Of a stretch of DNA of 64,000 bases, positions 61,705 through 64,000 are shown piece after piece. The translations under genes were made by a program, and so were the position numbers. The notes under the pieces were generated by a model. The model worked only from the letters and a program-made list of their open reading frames with translations. It was not told the origin of the DNA and made no database searches. Position 1 is the stretch's first letter. Each line of letters begins with the position of its first letter. Origin of the DNA: Octopus sinensis (taxonomy: Eukaryota); contig NC_043006.1 of assembly GCF_006345805.1 (NCBI RefSeq), positions 53,878,001 to 53,942,000 of the forward strand, read 5' to 3'.

Positions 61705-62165
61705 ATCTACTATAGGCACAAGACCTGAAATTTGGTGGAAGGGGACTAGTCGATTACATCAACTCCAGTGTTTCACTGGTACTTAATCTATTGAGCCCGA
61801 AAGGATGAAAGTTAAAGTAATTTATATTACCACTCCAGAAGAATGAAAGAAAAGCCTAACTCCGGTGGAATCTGAATTCAGAACGTTAAGTGTCGGAACA
61901 TATACTGTAAAGCATTTATTCCGACTCTACCGATTCTGCCAGCTTGATACCCTGCAAATATTTATAATAATGATTTCTATCTAGGCATAAGACCAGTAAT
62001 TTGAGGGAGAGGATAGTCACAGTATTTGACAGATGCTTTATTTTATAGACCGAAGAAGGATGAAAGTGAAGGCGACATCGGTGGACTTCAAACTCGAAAT
62101 GTAAAGAGCCAGACCAAATACTGCAAAGCATCTTGTCCGTCAATCTACCGATTCTGCCATTTCAC
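61705..62165 (-). mobile_element. Array of decayed SINE-B units
   Basis: Repeated AAGGATGAAAG...GAA.TCA.AAC...GTAAAGCAT...CGATTCTGCC motifs. Confidence 0.7.
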
Positions 62166-62369
62166 TCACCGATAATGATAATCTTATCTCTAATCTTTTA
62201 AAAGAATCCTCGCATTTTCAGCACAAAAGTATTTAGCTGAACGACTAAACATTGTTCAATGATCTGCTGTTCCTTATGATCCATGGCATTGTCTATGCCG
62301 TGATTAAACTACACACTCGGAATGCGCACTGTTTGACTCTTTGCACGAGTTGTACTATCTTCATTATCA

Positions 62370-62607
62370 TTAACACATTATCTATCCTGTGTATTGCATG
62401 AAATACACAGGGTATATTTGCCTGGTATCTGTGCATCATATCAGATACACATTCACCAATTTTTTCAGTTACCAGATTGACTTGGGACATATGAAAGGAA
62501 AACTTATATTTCTCAGAACGTATGAAACAAAGGCTAATTAAGTCTGAAAACATGTATGGACGTAGAGGACAATCTTATGAAAATTCTTTGGACAGGCAAA
62601 GAATTAA
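62370..62607. mobile_element. piggyBac-like MITE, older copy
   Basis: Colinear with 62911-63151; ends GACAGGCAAAGAA-TTAA. Confidence 0.6.
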
Positions 62608-62910
62608 TAGAGACGTTGACGAGGACCTACACTAATGAAAAAAAAAATTAAAAGTAAAATTGTAGTAGAGAGTTGAATTTTTGATTAGTTTATGAAATTA
62701 GAAACTTCATATTCCAGCCTGTACTGATGGATTGTATGGAGTTCATCCGGGGTGATATTCTCGATGGTTTGTAGTCTCCTGATTATCACTATTAGACACG
62801 TCGAAGGAGATCTACACTAATAAAAAGAAATTCAATAGAAAATTGAATCTGTGATCGGTTTACAAAATTAATTAATCGTACCAATCAGACTCAACTGAAG
62901 ATATCATGAA

Positions 62911-63151
62911 TTAACATTTTGCCTGTCCTGTGTATCACATGTGACACACGGAACATATTTCTTTGGCGTCTATGCATTATATATGATACACAGTCCAAAT
63001 TGCTTTCAATTACCAGGGTAACTTGAAACTTATGAAAGAAAGGCTTTATATCATTCAGAACGTATAAAGCAAGGGCTGACTAAAAGTTTGAAAACAAGCA
63101 TGGTCGTTTAGGACAAACTTGTGAAAATGCTTAAGACAGGCAAAGGGTTAA
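62911..63151. mobile_element. piggyBac-like MITE
   Basis: TTAA-CATTTTGCCTGTC...GACAGGCAAAGGG-TTAA. Confidence 0.75.
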
Positions 63152-63814
63152 TTTGTACAAAGTATACGGGACGACATACAAGTGAGTCTAAGTGATCAAC
63201 TACTTGAAATAGCAACCAACTCTTTCAAAGAAAGGAAGGTCATGTTGGCTAATGTATTACTATATATACACGTAACAATGAATGGGCTCTGATGGAATGC
63301 CTTTGTTCATAGAACAGCTCGATCAGGACTGAATTGTAATGCAGTTAAACAACAACAGCAACAGCAGCAGAGACAGCAGTAGATGCCGAGAGAGCAGCAA
63401 CAGCAGCAATTTCAGTGATACATTTCTAATAAGTAAAACAACAGCTTGAACATAACTTTATCGAGATAATGATAGAAAGAACATGGCAGGCATAACCAAC
63501 AACACTATAAGCCTTACATTTTAACGTAACTCTATAACCCTCGTTCATCATACATGTCGTAGTAAAGTAAGCTATGATTATTTCTTGGGTTTAGAGGTGA
63601 AATGTTTTGGTTTACAAATGATAAATTGTTATGAATCTCGAGCTTTACAACTGATCTCAAGCAAGTCGTAATATTTGAAATAATAACAAAATACTACTGA
63701 AAGTTTCAGCAGCCGTTATTACTCGCAAATTACAGAAGTAACTAGATCCAAATCCAATTGTATACTTTGTCATCGGAATACTACATAACATTCGGGACAT
63801 GAGATATATATATA

Positions 63815-63850
<36 letters not shown>

Positions 63851-64000
63851 CAAAATGGGACAAGAACGCAAAACATTCAAATAGATGATACAAAAAACAC
63901 GGACGGGTCTTTCGAAGCCTCTAATCTTCAGTCAAGAACCGGATCATCCTCGCAATTTCGGCTGATTAATCTTGTACGTACACCTTGTTCTCTATATATA

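Overview
AT-rich, microsatellite- and SINE-saturated animal genomic DNA. The repeat content is most consistent with an octopus-type cephalopod (inference; not database-checked). One host protein-coding gene is supported, on the + strand: exons 12802-13471, 18161-18559 and probably 25907-25953, all phase-1 compatible, giving 371 aa. It encodes an acidic/aromatic N-terminus, a Ser/Pro-rich region, an AT-hook and a divergent Myc/Mxd-network bHLH-zipper, with an acidic tail ending SEDEHVSVV. Its last intron holds a CpG-rich E2F/YY1/NF-Y promoter-like island (20.2-20.4 kb). This is followed by a sharply CpG-depleted domain (about 21-27 kb) and a chain of candidate non-coding micro-exons, suggesting a nested second transcript. 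The rest is decayed mobile DNA: a Tigger/pogo transposon, CR1-, R4/Dong-, Tx1/L1- and Penelope-type retroelement fragments, hAT/piggyBac/Mutator-like MITEs, several long foldback inverted repeats and a near-identical 1.1 kb tandem duplication. There are four tRNA-headed SINE families, labelled here with my own working names: SINE-A = GTGGCTGTGTGGTAAG...GACTGAAACAAG; SINE-B = GGCAGAAACGTTAG...CCTTTCATCCTTTCGGGGTCG; SINE-C = GGCGCAATGGCCTAGTGG...GTCACGTGA; SINE-D = GGCACGTGG..TAGTGGTTAGGG...GTCGTAACCG. There is one 100-N gap (50935-51034). Most ORFs in the supplied track are microsatellite or SINE artefacts. Repeat boundaries were read by eye and are approximate unless TIR/TSD positions are given.
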